Assembly (NCBI GenBank): GCA_007120675.1
Contig: SKNE01000217.1
Span: 1-37,006, forward strand
Direction of reading: 5' to 3'
DNA from: Bacteroidales bacterium
GTDB lineage: Bacteria > Bacteroidota > Bacteroidia > Bacteroidales > UBA7960
DNA length: 37,006 nucleotides
In this document: positions 36,136-37,006 of the stretch, piece after piece
How the letters are laid out: every line of letters starts with the position of its first letter
Numbering within the stretch: the first letter of the stretch is position 1
Notes under the pieces: generated by a model
Databases searched by the model: none
Seen by the model: the letters and a program-made list of their open reading frames with translations, nothing else
What the model was told of the DNA's origin: nothing
Translations under genes and position numbers: made by a program

Positions 36136-37006
36136 CTACGGAAAACCAAAGGAATAGCCCAGTCCCCACTCCACATAGTCAGCCCTTCCCGAGTGGGCTT
36201 TAAGGGCCATGTGTGCCACCAGCCCCGAGTCGGTCAGATAGCGCAGGCCTATCCGTTTGTATATGCTGCCACGGGGCTCATAGCCATAGTATACATAGGT
36301 ACCCAGGTTCATCAAAAGACTCAGGCGGTTGAAGATGATGTCGCAGGAGACAAAGCCACCTGCCCTGCCATAGTCCAGGTAAGAGGCATCCTCCTTCACG
36401 GCGTCCACCTCCTCACGGGCATGGTCATCATAAAAAAGGTCCAGTCCGATGCCCCAGCGGCTGCGTGATTTCTTCTGGATGGTCTGGTTGATGGACAAGG
36501 TCCTCGCAAGGTAAGTGGGATCACCTATGTCACGCTGCATCAGGCCCACCGAATAGGTCACAAACAGTCGCTGCTCCGTGGTGGCTTCGTAGTCGTAAAT
36601 ACCGGCGAGTGAAAAGGCCGGTCCCTCATCGCCAAAGCGGTACCTTAGCCCAAGGTTGACGTCGAAGATATTGATCCCCCTGTTGGGTTTCTTGTAGGCC
36701 CCGTTGGAGTAATGGGTAAATGAGGCACCGGGCAGGAGACGCAAATTTTTGCCTATGGGCAGTGAGAGCATGTAGTTCAGGTTGAAATGGACATTCCAGG
36801 CCGTACCGATGAACCGGTTTTCCGGGTTATCCACCGGATCGTAATAGGTGTCAAAGTGCGACAGTCCCAGCGAGACACGCAGATTGCGTGCTACCGCCGC
36901 AAATCGACCCGTCTCAAACTCCATGAACATGAACCCGGACCTAATCTCGCCCAGCACCTCCGGGTTACCCAGGTCACATAAAGAGAAGCCAAAACCGTAG
37001 GAGGGG
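36136..37006 (-). CDS. Acyloxyacyl hydrolase / PagL-like lipid A deacylase outer-membrane beta-barrel (5' end outside window)
   Basis: Alternating beta-strand pattern, an HYSNG (HxSN) catalytic-type motif, and C-terminal aromatic GLGYSFGFP. The reading frame stays open upstream of the listed GTG (36957) to the window edge (...PSYGFGFSLCDLGNPEV-LGEIRSG...), so the gene is truncated by the window. Confidence 0.75.
   Translation of the reverse strand, partial: PSYGFGFSLCDLGNPEVLGEIRSGFMFMEFETGRFAAVARNLRVSLGLSHFDTYYDPVDNPENRFIGTAWNVHFNLNYMLSLPIGKNLRLLPGASFTHYSNGAYKKPNRGINIFDVNLGLRYRFGDEGPAFSLAGIYDYEATTEQRLFVTYSVGLMQRDIGDPTYLARTLSINQTIQKKSRSRWGIGLDLFYDDHAREEVDAVKEDASYLDYGRAGGFVSCDIIFNRLSLLMNLGTYVYYGYEPRGSIYKRIGLRYLTDSGLVAHMALKAHSGRADYVEWGLGYSFGFP

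Noticed and set aside
1-37006. Screen for CRISPR arrays, tRNA/rRNA genes, IS elements, integrases, toxin-antitoxin pairs and defence-system hallmarks.
   Set aside because: No periodic direct repeats, no T-loop/anticodon-arm-like sequences in any gap (all gaps are 220 nt or shorter), and no transposase, integrase, nuclease or ATPase ORFs. Every sizeable ORF is accounted for by a housekeeping or envelope function.

Overview
The window is a dense, mostly housekeeping chromosomal segment. It holds about 33 CDS and no rRNA, tRNA, CRISPR array or obvious mobile element. Lineage signals point to Bacteroidota. These are a T9SS C-terminal sorting domain on a secreted M14 peptidase, a SprE/PorW-like TPR lipoprotein, and TAnnTTTG -7 boxes 10-65 nt upstream of several start codons. 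Shine-Dalgarno sequences are nearly absent, hpt-adk-obg are syntenic, and the F-ATPase operon (atpBEFHAG) starts with a bactofilin gene and lacks atpD/atpC. Gene order, left to right: rpmI' (partial)-rplT; NUDIX CoA pyrophosphatase and photolyase (-); AAE-family transporter; PNPOx-family protein; obg-adk-hpt (-); truA; AI-2E permease, ygeW-like and ygeY-like (-); XdhC-family protein (+); atpG-A-H-F-E-B, small membrane protein and bactofilin (-); SprE/PorW-like (-); M23 peptidase-dxr-rseP-rnz (+); lplA (-); valS (+); M14 T9SS cargo, dapA and a conserved unknown (-); flavin reductase-like (-); MBL hydrolase (+); PagL-like acyloxyacyl hydrolase (-, runs off the window). I see no convincing defence island or mobile system. 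The least ordinary element is an isolated ygeY-ygeW(-AI-2E permease) unit facing an XdhC-type cofactor-insertion gene. No molybdenum hydroxylase lies nearby, the unit carries the only strong SD in the window, and a near-perfect 20-bp palindrome sits in the shared control region. The other observations are lower interest: uncharacterised genes at the head of the atp operon, a DUF-like gene coupled to dapA, stop-codon-sharing convergent genes, and small RNA hairpins. All calls rest on reading the supplied ORF translations and the DNA by eye. No searches were run.
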